From positions 277,574,001-277,638,000 of the forward strand of contig OZ024740.1 in NCBI GenBank assembly GCA_964016885.1: DNA of 64,000 bases. Direction: 5' to 3'. This DNA comes from Eledone cirrhosa. Its lineage: Eukaryota. A program made the translations under genes and the position numbers. The notes beneath the pieces are model-generated. The model was given only the letters and a program-made list of their open reading frames with translations, did not search any database and had not been told where the DNA came from. Positions 14,076 to 26,178 of this stretch are shown one piece after another. Position 1 is the stretch's first letter. The number at the start of each line of letters is the position of its first letter.

Positions 14076-15701
14076 TTAATAATATTATTTAAACTTATAA
14101 AATAACTATATGTAGTTATAAATAGGAAAGGTCAGTATTTTCTATTTTTTACCACCTTATTACCAGTATGAAAAATAGCTCAATATAAATACATCAGATG
14201 CCTTACAGAGCAGGAATATAAAGTTCAAAACAATCAAAACTATGTTCAATACATTTTATTACTGACAATCGTTTCTTCCAAACAGCCGTTTGGAATCATC
14301 GGAGAATTGGCAAAGTTTAAACAAATAAGTTCCTATTCCACAAAACAAGATATGTTGATATTATTTTTGCTATCAATAGTGTCATATTCAAAGAGAGTGA
14401 AGATGTTGTGGTCTGTAGCAATGAGTATAATAAAGATTATAAATGAATTATAAAAGAAGCTTACTCGCAAAGGAGGACATTAGTGGTACATAGGCATATA
14501 GACAGTAAGATTGCAGAGGTATTAAGCATATACAGAATAACATGGTAAAGAAAGCAAAGGTATTAAGTATATATAGCATAATATGGCAGAGATATCACAA
14601 AATATAGGTGTAATAGGATGAACATATTAAGCAGTCAGGAATGCATGGGTAGAATATTAGGTGAACATTGTGAAGCAACTTAGTGCAACCTTTGAGAGTG
14701 GATTAGATAAACAATTAAGTAAACAATCTAATCAGAAGTAAAGCTGTTGTGAATTACAAAAATATTATGCAGTATTAAGATATATATATCTAGGGAGATA
14801 ACTATAAATAAAACAGTTTTTATGTGAGTTTATGGTGGATCTAATGTGATAATTGTTCTGGTAATGTTTAAATGTAGATGTGTTGTGATTATAAATATAT
14901 AGGTTTCCTTTTCCATGGCATTGGTTATTTAACAAATGTTTTTAAATATATACAATTGTGGATTGTATGTTGCCCTTATTATAATCTTATTAAGGGTTAG
15001 AGATGTTCTGGAGTGATCTCTTTTTAGACAGAGGGTTAATTTTTCGAGTTGGTGTGGTTATGTCTAACGGTTTAAATTCAAGGAAGTGATTGGAGATCTT
15101 CACTAAAGGGAGCTAACTGGAAAGAGGAGGCAATTGAAGATTTATTTATGTATAACAAAAAAATATATAGTCTGGTGTTATTTGTTTATATATCCTATTA
15201 AATTCTATCTGTTGATATACATTATATTATATTATAAGTGAATCCTTATATAATGCTATTTATTTTTATATTTATTTTATTTCATATAATATCTAAAGGT
15301 CTCAGTTGTTCACTACCTACTTATATATTAATTAAATGAATAAAATATTAATAAGGAAGATATAGTTATATTAAGTGGAGGTACCTGTGTGTTTATTCAC
15401 TATAGTTATTATTGAGTATAGGATCTGAGATAAATAAAAGATAAAGGAAACTCCTTTGCGAGTGACCTTCTTTTATAATTCATTTATAATCGTTATTATG
15501 CAGACCACAACATACTCACTCACTTTGAATATGACACCATTGATAGCAACAATAATATCAACAAATCTTTATGATTCTTCTGTGGAATAGGAAGTTATTT
15601 ATGTGTTTAAACTTTGCCAATGCTCCGATGATTCCAAACGGGTGTTTGGAAGAAACGTTTGTCAGCAATAAAATGTATTGAACATAGATTGTTTTGAACT
15701 T

Positions 15702-15705
<4 letters not shown>
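14075..15705 (-). mobile_element. Old PLE-type insertion with diverged inverted arms (~14218-14475 / 15450-15705)
   Basis: Inverted similarity; one HHR per arm (14260-14306 minus, 15621-15667 plus); interior is possibly decayed coding sequence. Confidence 0.7.
15621..15667 (+). ncRNA. Type I hammerhead with CCGAUGA core variant
   Basis: TGCT CCGATGA TTCCAAAC gggt GTTTGGAA GAAA C gttt G TC AGCA. Confidence 0.7.
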
Positions 15706-15776
<71 letters not shown>

Positions 15777-15781
<5 letters not shown>

Positions 15782-15922
15782 TACAAATATTAATAAAATA
15801 GATGTTCTTTTGATCAATTAAATTTTATTATACATATTTCAGAGGTACAACAGTACGTCCTCATAAGACGAAATATAATGATACATGACATACCGTGAGA
15901 TGTTAAATGGGTAAGATTTAAT
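15777..15922 (-). mobile_element. Solo 3'-end fragment with decayed HHR
   Basis: Matches the arms of 32560-33095; core reads CTTATGA. Confidence 0.75.
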
Positions 15923-15939
15923 ATATATATATGTATATA

Positions 15940-16046
<107 letters not shown>

Positions 16047-16109
16047 GTAGAACACTGGAAGGTAATATCCGTAGTGGTAGAGCACTCAGTCCATGGGAGG
16101 ATTTAGGTA

Positions 16110-16592
16110 GAAGTGGTTACACAACAGTTAGTTCACCATACCGAGAACAATTGTTTCACCTTAGCGGATCCTCAGCTCGTAATGAACATGGTTATATGGA
16201 ACAGGAAGGACAACCGTACGAACGCGCATGCACAGAGACCGTCACTTCACACAGGCAATATTAAAAAGCGTGCGAGAGGTGTAAGGGAGATAAGTGCGAA
16301 AGTCCGAAAAGTTTATAGTTGATAAGAAATAACTACAAAGCTCCGGATTGAATCACAACAACATCCTAATTTTCTTATCAACTAGAAACTTTTCGGACTT
16401 TCGCAGTTATTTCTCTAACACCTCTCGCACGGTTTTTAGTATTGCCTGTGTGAAGTGACGGTTTCTGCGCATGCGCGTTCGTACGGTTGTCCCTCCTGTT
16501 CCGTATAACCATCTCCATTACGAGCTGAGGATCCGCTAAGGTCAAACAATTGTTCTCGGCATGGTGAACTAACTGTTGTGTAACCACTTCTA
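16110..16592. mobile_element. Fold-back element, ~218-bp diverged arms
   Basis: 16110-16328 vs 16372-16590 inverted; mirror pseudo-ORFs in the ORF track. Confidence 0.85.
16142..16179 (-). ncRNA. Minimal type I hammerhead (twin at 16521-16558 has GAAA>CAAA)
   Basis: CGAG CTGAGGA T CC gctaa GG T GAAA CAATTG TT CTCG; palindromic stem III. Confidence 0.8.
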
Positions 16593-18454
16593 TATAATAT
16601 ATATATATATAAAATAAAATAAAATAAATAAGTCAAATGTTTAAAATTTGGCTTCTTTTATTACTGCTATATATATTTCGGTGACAGCCATCTTTGACTG
16701 TGACATCTTCAGGCAGTCCGAATTAGTGTGGTAGAGACGAGTACACGTGTTGTTGGGGTGTTCAACTTTGTCAATACTCTGATATGCCCAGTTCCTGGTT
16801 GGGTTGTTATTTCACTGAGGAACTGGAATCATATGAATTTAAACAAACGATTTTTAGCGTCAAAGGACATCTTCTCCTCTCATTAGTCAGTTGTGAGAAC
16901 ATTCCCCAGTCAAAAGTTTATAGAAATTCGTTCTGAGGCAAGGCAATCTGTAGTGGTTGTTCTTGTTATTGATAAGTACATCTCACCTCTACTCTTATGT
17001 TGGTAGTGGTTAGTGGTGTTGGTGTTGGAGTCAGCTAAAAAAATGATAAAGTGGTAGAAGGAATAAGGTGGTAAAGGAACAAAATAAAATAATCAAATAA
17101 AATGTGTGTGTGTTATATCCAATCTCAATGTTAGAAAGATTTGTAAGGTCACTCCTCCCATTGGTCAGTTTTGAGAGCATTCCTCAGTCAAAAGTCTATA
17201 GAAATTCATTCTGGGGTGAGGCTCCCTGTAGTGTTTGTTTTTGCTATTGTTAAATACATCTGACCTCTACCCTTATTTTGGTAGTGGTGTTGGTGTTGTG
17301 GTCAGCCCATGTCTTGCTGCTGCTGACATTTAGAAGTATTTGTGTGTGTTTCTTCATCCATCCTGCCACCATCTCTCGAGGTGGTGGCGGGGGGAGGTAT
17401 GCCATGTATATGAAGAAATAGAAGGCAATAAATTGAAGAAAACAGAAAATAAATAATAAATAGAAAATAAATGAAAAATTAATGAAAAATGAAAAATGAA
17501 AAATGAAAAATGAAAAAAGAAAAATGAAAAATGAAAAATGAAAAATGAAAAATGAAAAATGAAAAATGAAAAATGAAAAATGAAAAATGAAAAATGAAAA
17601 ATGAAATTGAAAAGTGAAAAATAAAAATAAAGATTCAAATAAAATAAAATGTGTGTGTGCTATAACCAATCTGAAGGACAGAAAGATGTTGGATAAAGTG
17701 GTAGGAGGAACAAGATGGTAAAAGAATAAAACGAATTGAGATAATCAAATAAAATGTGTGTGTGTGTTATAATCAATCTCAACTTATATAGAAGGCAATA
17801 AAGTGAAGAAAACAGAAAACAAATGAAAAATCAAGTAAAATAAAATGTGTGTGTGTTATAAAGATGTTGGCCAAATTAGAAAGGCTGTGTCAGAATTAAT
17901 CTCTAGGCTATCATGGTGTCTGCTCAGCCTGGGTGGGTCCCTATGGCTTGAGGGGAGTTCCCAACCTATGGTGTTGTTACTGCCCATATAGCTTGAGGGG
18001 GATCTGGCATATGCAAACTATGTCTGAACGAGACCCTCGAGATACTAAGAGGTGGAAGCCGCCTGATAAACCTCAGAACCGACTTCTTCGGGACATGCCC
18101 TCAGGGCCGGGACCTTCCTCAAGCAATATGGACAGTAGCAACACACTGAGATGTGAACTCACCTTAAGCTATAGGGACTTCTCCAGAACATGTAGACACC
18201 TCTCGGCCAGACCTCCCTCAAGCTATATGGGCAGTAACAACACCATAGGTTTGGAACTCCCCTTAAGCCATAGGGACCCACCCAGGCTGAGCAGACACAC
18301 ACACACATTTATTTGATTATCTTATTTCGTTTTATTTTTTTACCATGTTGTTCCTCCTACCACTTTATCCAACATCTTTCTGACCTTGAGATTGGTTACA
18401 GCACACACATTTTATTTTATTTGAATCTTCATTTTTACTTTTCACTTTTCATTT

Positions 18455-18845
18455 TTATTTTTATTTTTCATTTTTCATTTTTCATTTTTCATTTTTCATT
18501 TTTCATTTTTCATTTTTCATTTTTCATTTTTCATTTTTCATTTTTCATTTTTCATTTTTCATTTTTCATTTTTCATTTTTCATTTTTCATTTTTCATTTT
18601 TCATTTTTCATTTTTCATTTTTCATTTTTCATTTTTCATTTTTCATTTTTCATTTTTCATTTTTCATTTTTCATTTTTCAATTTCCATTTTTCATTTTAC
18701 ATTTTTCATTTTTCATTTTTCATTTTTCATTTTTCATTTTTCATTTTTCATTTTTCATTTTTCATTTTTCATTTTTCATTTTTCATTTTTCATTTTTCAT
18801 TTTTCATTTTTCATTTTTCATTTTTCATTTTTCATTTTTCATTAA
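18455..18845 (+). repeat. 7-bp satellite (TTTTTCA)n; shorter inverted twin at 17480-17610
   Basis: Directly visible. Confidence 0.95.
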
Positions 18846-19567
18846 TTGTTCATTTATTTTCTATTTATTATTTATTTTCTGTTTTCTTCATTTTATTGCC
18901 TTCTATTTCTTCATATACATGGCAGACCCCCCCCCCGCCCCACCACCACGAGATATGTCAGCAGCAACAAGACATAGGCTGACCACAACACCAACACCAC
19001 TACCAAAATAAGGGTAGAAGTCAGATGTACTTAACAATAGCAAAAACAAACACTACAGGGAGCCTCACCCCAGAAAGAATTTCTATAGACTTTTGACTGA
19101 GGAATGCTCTCAAAACTGACCAATGGGAGGAGTGACCTTACAAATCTTTCTAACATTGAGATTGGGTATAACACACACACTTTTTATTTGATTATTTTAT
19201 TTTGTTCCTTTAACATCTTATTCCTTCTACCACTTTATCATTTTTTTTAGCTGACTCCAACACCAACACCACTAACCACTACCAACATAAGAGTAGAGGT
19301 GAGATGTACTTATCAATAACAAGAACAACCACTACAGATTGCCTTGCCACAGAACGAATTTCTATAAACTTTTGACTGGGGAATGTTCTCACAACTGACT
19401 AATGAGAGGAGAAGATGTCCTTTGACGCTAAAAATCGTTTGTTTAAATTCATATGATTCCAGTTCCTCAGTGAAATAACAACCCAACCAGGAACTGGGCA
19501 TATCAGAGTATTGACAAAGTTGAACACCCCAACAACACGTGTACTCGTCTCTACCACACTAATTCGG

Positions 19568-19622
19568 ACTGCCTGAAGATGTCACAGTCAAAGATGGCTG
19601 TCACCGAAATATATATAGCAGT
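19568..19622 (+). ncRNA. Type I hammerhead (twin at 16663-16717, minus)
   Basis: ACTGC CTGAAGA stem II (ACAGTC/GGCTGT) GAAA TATATA TA GCAGT. Confidence 0.88.
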
Positions 19623-19772
19623 AATAAACGAAGCCAAATTTTAAACATTTGACTTATTTATTTTATTTTATTTTACATTACTCCTGAGTAACCAAACCAA
19701 CCTGCGCACTTCGCCGAGTACTCCAATCTGCATACTGACGTATTGGTATACAACCAACACATACTCAAAATT

Positions 19773-19796
<24 letters not shown>

Positions 19797-19803
<7 letters not shown>

Positions 19804-20857
19804 AAGTGAGTCCTTCATCAGTGACCCTCCAACCGTCCTCGGCATTTCATCGCTTTAAGGGCCATATGCCTCAGGTTGGTGCGAACAACGGCTAAAAAAA
19901 GTCGTTGGGACACGTAAATAAAGGGGGACGCTAGAGTAACAACAAAAGGGTTTAAGCAACGGAAAGTGAGTAGAAATAGACAAGTCCCAGATCTCTATGA
20001 ATATAAACTCTGTGAAATCGTGAACAAGAGACGAAAGACCATCGAACCTGGTAGAAATGTGAGCAAGGAAAGAATTTCGCCCAAGTTTGACGGGGGGGAA
20101 AAAAGAGAGAGAGAGAGAAAGAAGAAGAAGAAGAAGAAGAAGAAGAAGAAGAAGAAGAAGAAGAAGAAGAAGAAGAAGAAGAAGAAGAAGAAGAAGAAGA
20201 AGAAGAAGAAGAAGAAGAAGAAGAAGAAGAAGATAAGGTGGTCTGGTCTACGAATTCGGTAAACGCAAGTTTTGTGAAGTCGCAGACGAAAGAGAGAGAG
20301 AAAAAAATTCCATACCAGCTCGGTCAAGACTGCGCGAGAAAAGAATTACACACAGGTCAAACTTGAAGGAGGAGGAGGAAAGAGGAGGAGGAGAGGTAGT
20401 GACAGAGAATGAGTGAGTGAAAGTTGAGGAGAGAGTAACAGAGAGGGAGACTGCTAGAAGTGGTAAAGATACAAGGAACGAAACAGACAGGCAGCATGGA
20501 AAAGTAATATGTGTAAATATGATGATAATAATGGAGCTGCGGCGTTGCAAATGGGATACATATGAAAAAGTGAGTCCTTCATCAGTGACCCTCCAACCGT
20601 CCTCGGCATTTCATCGCTTTAAGGGCCATATGCCTCAGGTTGGTGCGAACAACGGCTAAAAAAAGTCGTTGGGACACGTAAATAAAGGGGGACGCTAGAG
20701 TAACAACAAAAGGGTTTAAGCAACGGAAAGTGAGTAGAAATAGACAAGTCCCAGATCTCTATGAATATAAACTCTGTGAAATCGTGAACAAGAGACGAAA
20801 GACCATCGAACCTGGTAGAAATGTGAGCAAGGAAAGAATTTCGCCCAAGTTTGACGG
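19797..20857 (-). mobile_element. Retrozyme-like element, 764-bp unit, ~1.4 copies, with internal (AAG)n (locus C)
   Basis: ~297-bp direct repeats 19797-20093 / 20561-20857; two motif copies at 19810-19911 and 20574-20675. Confidence 0.8.
20574..20675 (-). ncRNA. Putative reverse-order pseudoknotted hammerhead motif with K-turn (copy C; identical at 19810-19911)
   Basis: GUCC CAACG..CGUUG U UCGC A CCAACC UGA GGCAU A UGGCCCU UAAA GCGA U GAA AUGCC GAG GA C GGUUGG AGGGUCA CUGAUGA A GGAC. Confidence 0.7.
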
Positions 20858-20972
20858 AAAGAATTTATATCTAGTAACATATATATACATACAAATGCAT
20901 ATCGATGCTAGCAAATATATAGGTTTTGTCTTAATAACATTGTGGTTCAATGCATGGGGTTGCAGAACAATA

Positions 20973-21729
20973 ATATAAGAGACGTAAGATAAGAAAATTA
21001 TAAAATTAACTTACTTACTAAAATATCACTTCCAACTAATTAGTTTCTGGAATGGAGTAGATACATCTTCCGAAGAAGGTGTGGAGAAACATCCCGTCAT
21101 CAGGAAAGTCAATTCTCATATAAGTTTCCAGGCAAAGCGAGGACACTGGAAGCTTATTAAAAAATAAATCAGTGAATAGGAAATAGCAAAGCGTGGACTT
21201 ACTTCCTACCCATTGAGAAAATCACTGCCTCTGTATCCGTGGCAAATTCAAAAAGAATCGAACACGTGACGTCGAGGTCAATAGGTGGAAAGTGGGTTGT
21301 TAATAAGACAGCGGCCGGATATAAATTCTTTATTATTATCTCCAAAATATTTGTCGAGCAATACTGGCCATGACTGCTACTACTGTAGTAGGCCGACCGC
21401 TGTCTTATTAACAACCCACTTTCCACCGATTGACCTCGACGTCACGTGTTCGATTCTATTTGAATTTGCCACGGACACAGAGGCAGTGATTTTCTCAATG
21501 GCTAGGAAGTAAGTCCACGCTTTGCTATTTCCTATTCACTGATTTATTTTTTAATAAGCTTCCAGTGTCCTCGCTTTGCCTGGAAACTTATATGAGAATT
21601 GACTTTCCTGATGACCGGATGTTTCTCCACACCTTCTTCGGAAGATGTATCTACTCCATTCCAGAAATTAATTAGTTGGAAGTAATATTTTAGTAAGTTA
21701 ATTTTATAATTTTCTTATCTTACGTCTCT

Positions 21730-21735
<6 letters not shown>
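20973..21735. mobile_element. Fold-back element, ~340-bp arms
   Basis: 20973-21315 vs 21396-21735 inverted. Confidence 0.88.
21028..21109 (-). ncRNA. Type I hammerhead with long stem II insert (twin at 21602-21683, plus)
   Basis: ACTTTC CTGATGA C GGGATG..CATTCC A GAAA CTAATTAG TT GGAAGT. Confidence 0.8.
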
Positions 21736-21764
<29 letters not shown>

Positions 21765-21771
<7 letters not shown>

Positions 21772-21888
21772 TAACAGATTAAAGTTTAAGCAAAGAATTG
21801 CTGCTTTCACCCTTAACGGGAGCTTCTGAAGATTCCGTAAGGGTGAAAGCAGCGATACTTTGCTTAAATTTTAATCTATTTTAATAAA
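21765..21888. mobile_element. ~120-bp hairpin made of a partial HHR plus terminus; sister at 34763-34886
   Basis: Arms ATTAAAATAACAGATTAAAGTTTAAGCAAAG..GCTTTCACCCTT; CTGAAGA..GAAA at the centre. Confidence 0.7.
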
Positions 21889-21977
21889 TATTTAGTCTAT
21901 AATTTTTATATATTTGATATATATTTTTGCTTATCGAGGCCTCTTCGGATTGAAGTCTTTACATTTATTATTATTAC

Positions 21978-22062
<85 letters not shown>

Positions 22063-22927
22063 CTTTACTGTTATATATATATATATAAAATACAATATAA
22101 TATATATGTAGAGAAAGAGTGTGCGCGTGTCAGTGAGAAAGAGAATAAAGTGTTGCATGGTCTGTAAAGTTCAGCGGAACTCTCCCTCCACTGTTGACTA
22201 AATTATATATAAACAGATTACACATATTTATGAATTTGATATAAGTAAACGTGTAAGTGTAAGTATATGTGTAAGTTTGTGTGTCTACAAGTTTGCTCTA
22301 AGTCCGCGGATATCTGATATTGCTTCTTTCCCTCGCTTTTTTATTGTGTATTGATGTATGTATGTGTGTGAACTATTAAATAAAACCCGTCTTCTTATCT
22401 TGTACATTCAAACGAAACCAATTATAGATAGTATTTTTTATTTCAATTTCATAATGAAATATACATTTTAACCAGCCATTAGGAAACCATTGATAACATT
22501 TTCCCCCCAATCTTTTTCTTTTCGTTTGTTCTTGATGAAACTTTTTTTTTTATTTTCATTCAAATTGATTTTTACCCATTCAGTTTAATTTAGTTAATAA
22601 GACACTCATTATTCTCATGAATGAAATTTCGGATCCATCTTTATTATATATTTCTTTAGATAACTTTATTATTGACTCATCTTATCGTTTAGGTTGCAAA
22701 ATTCTTGTTAGTTATTCCAGTTGGGAGTTGCATTTTATTGGAAAACTATGAACAATAATGAAAATGGAAACTTTGTCAGGTTAATATATTTACAAACCAT
22801 AGTGAAAATAATGTTCTATGACTAAACGTAGAAATGAAATGAAAATAATAAAAGATAACGGAAAGACGTACCAAAAATGTAAATCAATAAAGTCATTCAT
22901 ACATCTATATATATATATATATATATT

Positions 22928-22988
<61 letters not shown>

Positions 22989-22989
22989 T

Positions 22990-23590
22990 TCAAGTTATCA
23001 GTAATGTAGTGATCATATATCGTCACGTTAGAGATGAACAGCGTACGTGTAGGTTTGCTCAACGAGTATAAATTATATTCCGGAGAAAATGTAGAAAAGA
23101 TGAATATAAAATGAAAGTGCTTTTATAAAGGAATTTATTAGGTATTGACATATGTTTCTGTAACAGACGGAATATCTATGTATCGCTGCTTGCGTAATCA
23201 TATAATGTTAGCAAGTATTCGATAGCAAATGTACAATCAGTTGTCACTTCCTCAGAGATATTGGATAAATTAGAAAAAATCAGAAAAATCAAATTATTTA
23301 TATTAGTTGTAAGAAAGGAAGAAGAGAAGGGATAGTATATGACAGATGGCAATTCAATTTGCTTGTAAACAAGTTTATAGAAGGTTTTTAATGAGAATAC
23401 AATGAGTATATGGTTTATTTTATCTAAATAAGAATTTTTGGGAGTGCCTATTTTAATCTATATTTGATCAATTGAACAATGGACAGGGCTGGTCGTTTGG
23501 TGTAGTAGTATTAATACAGATATAAAGTGTCAAGTAAGGAAGAGAGAGATTTTCACTGCTACTGTATAACAACAATGCCGGTAGCCTGCT
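22990..23590 (-). mobile_element. Element 3' end with long-stem-II hammerhead (23143-23260)
   Basis: Minus strand: TATCT CTGAGGA A GTGACA..~75 nt..TGTTAC A GAAA CATATG TC AATA. Confidence 0.6.
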
Positions 23591-23599
23591 GGTATATGC

Positions 23600-25096
23600 A
23601 TCTGGGACCTCAAAGATAACAATATTACCTATGATCTCACTTGGAGCTTACTGTCAAGAGCCAACTCTTACACGGGAGGACGCCGTCCGTGCAATTTATG
23701 CTCGGAGGAAACTTTACAAATGTTGTTTTCGACGGACCAACTCCTAAACAAAAAAATCCAACTGGTAACTGCATGCAAACACAGATCGCGTAGGACTTAC
23801 CTCGCCCTCAAACCCCATAATGACCGGGGGGGGGGGTAGACAAGGGCTGTAACACCCCACTTGCCGACTTTGTAATGGGCAACCCCTGCTTGCAAAGGTA
23901 GACGTAAGATTTTCTTTTATATCTTTTTATAGTTTCCTCCATATTTCCTTCTTCCCCCCATCCCTTCCTAGTCCTTCCACCCCAGTCCCCCTTCTTTGTC
24001 GTCGTCCTTTTCACTTTCTCGCCCACCCCGAGGCAGCCCCTCGGTCCTTGGTAGCCTCAGTACCCCCACTCCATCCCCTATTCTATGATATGATTGGCCG
24101 ACTCCGCTTTTTATAGCAGATGTGATAAACCCCAGATACTTGCTTTCTTATCCAATGGCTGCACCATTTCCGTGCTTTCTACATTTCTTAGTGGTATCTC
24201 TGCTTTAGTTTCTCGTATATCAGTATTTATTTATTTTTTAGGGGGGGCGGGGGATTCTGAATTAATTTTCCGTATCAAATTTTTCATATATATCGTACGA
24301 GCATTTATGTAGTTTGTACTAGAATTGTTGTATCGTAGCGGCACCCTTAGAGATAGTATTAGTATTCATTTTCGGGATTCTGAATTATTATTTCGCATTA
24401 GTTTATGTGTTCCACTGGGTAATTGCTGGCCTTGTGCCTAGGGTAGAAACAATTATTTCGTAATTAGTTTCGGGACTCTGAATTATTATTTCGTGGTAGT
24501 TTCTTTAGTATTTTGCCCCCCCCCCCCACACTTGTTGACCTTTCACTGTAAGATATACTCGGTTGATTACTACTAACTCATAAAATAGTCCCACTACAAT
24601 TCCGTCCCACCTAGTAAACTTTTCTATAGTTTAGCAGTACCAGTGAGAGACTTGATGATTGTGGTTAGGGAATAGTAACCAGAAATTGTTTTTTATATTT
24701 TTAACATTCTTGGTATTCTTCTATATATTTACTCCATATTGATTTACTTATTGTTTCGACTTCCTCCCCCTCCCCCTCCCTAGTATACTTGCTTGACCTC
24801 CTGCCCTTAGGATCCAGCTGTAGTTGGCACTATCAACGCACTACTGGTTTCCTCCACTCCCTCTCCCTCTTTCTTCTACTGGCAGGTTCAGCTACCCCTT
24901 CCTTCCCCAAATTGCCATGATAGAATTATGTGTCTCAACAACAAACTTTTGACCAATCCTTGTGACAATCACTTTTACCATATACGGAATTACCCCTGAG
25001 AAGCTCGGCTATTCATATACCAGGATATAAATTTTCATTTAGTCCAGAATTAGCCGTCGAAACGCGTTGAGCTCAGCCGTCGGGGTCCTATACGTT

Positions 25097-25100
<4 letters not shown>
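23600..25100 (+). mobile_element. PLE 3' part: GIY-YIG C-terminus (23600-23850), UTR, decayed HHR (24993-25071)
   Basis: IWDLKDNNITYDLTWSLLSRANSYTGGRRPCNLCSEE..LLNKK..ACKH; CTGAGAA..CGGCTA/TAGCCG..GAAA CGCG TT. Confidence 0.8.
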
Positions 25101-25189
<89 letters not shown>

Positions 25190-25215
25190 GTATATATATG
25201 TATATATATATATAT

Positions 25216-25851
25216 ATAGGTAAATATTTATATTATATTTTTTAATTTTGATTAATTTTAATTGTATATTAATTTTGATTTATTTTGAAAAATTGGTTGA
25301 ATTTTACTTGTTCTGCTTATCTTGATATTATGTTCTGGTATATCAAATTATTACCATAGAACCACCTTAAATCATAGACACACTATATATTTCCGGGGGT
25401 ACATTGTACCCTCAGATATGTATTAACCTTTTTCAATAATCTCCATATGTAGAGATACAAATTTGTCGTTATATTTAGTTACTAAAAATCTTTTTTTAGT
25501 GGCGAGCTATAGACGGCGAGTCTACGATTTCCCGCCTTCACTATACACCAATGTATTTACGGGTCACTTTCACGACCTTTTAGACCTGTATTAGTTGGAG
25601 TGAGGTCATATATTTTGTCGTTCCTGGGGTTTTTAACCCTAGGACAGGAAAATGCTTCTCTGATGATCGTTGCTTTTCCATTAATATCCTGGTGATATTT
25701 AATGTTTTGCACCGTGAAACTGTACAGTTAGGGCCATTTGAATAGGTAAATATTTATATTATATTTTTTAATTTTGATTAATTTTAATTGTATATTAATT
25801 TTGATTTATTTTGAAAAATTGGTTGAATTTTACTTGTTCTGCTTATCTTGA
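25216..25851 (+). mobile_element. Retrozyme-like element: 526-bp unit + ~110-bp terminal redundancy, canonical HHR
   Basis: Direct repeat 25216-25325 / 25742-25851; no recognisable ORF; (TA)n flanks. Confidence 0.78.
25651..25739 (+). ncRNA. Type I hammerhead
   Basis: TTCT CTGATGA TCGTTGC..GCACCGT GAAA CTGTACAG TT AGGG; palindromic stem III. Confidence 0.8.
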
Positions 25852-25852
25852 G

Positions 25853-25959
<107 letters not shown>

Positions 25960-26093
25960 AGTAATTAGCTTACTTACTTAAATTTCACTCCATCTTTCAA
26001 TCCCCTTGCATTGAACCACGAAGTTACTAAGACAAAACCTATATATTTGCTTGCATAGGTATACATCTGTATATATATGTTGGTAGATATACT

Positions 26094-26178
<85 letters not shown>

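Larger units (their letters stand above)
16610..19775. mobile_element. Large non-coding fold-back element with (TTTTTCA)n arrays
   Basis: 16610-17770 is inverted relative to 18295-19675; inner inverted pair 17916-18000 / 18213-18298. Confidence 0.85.
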
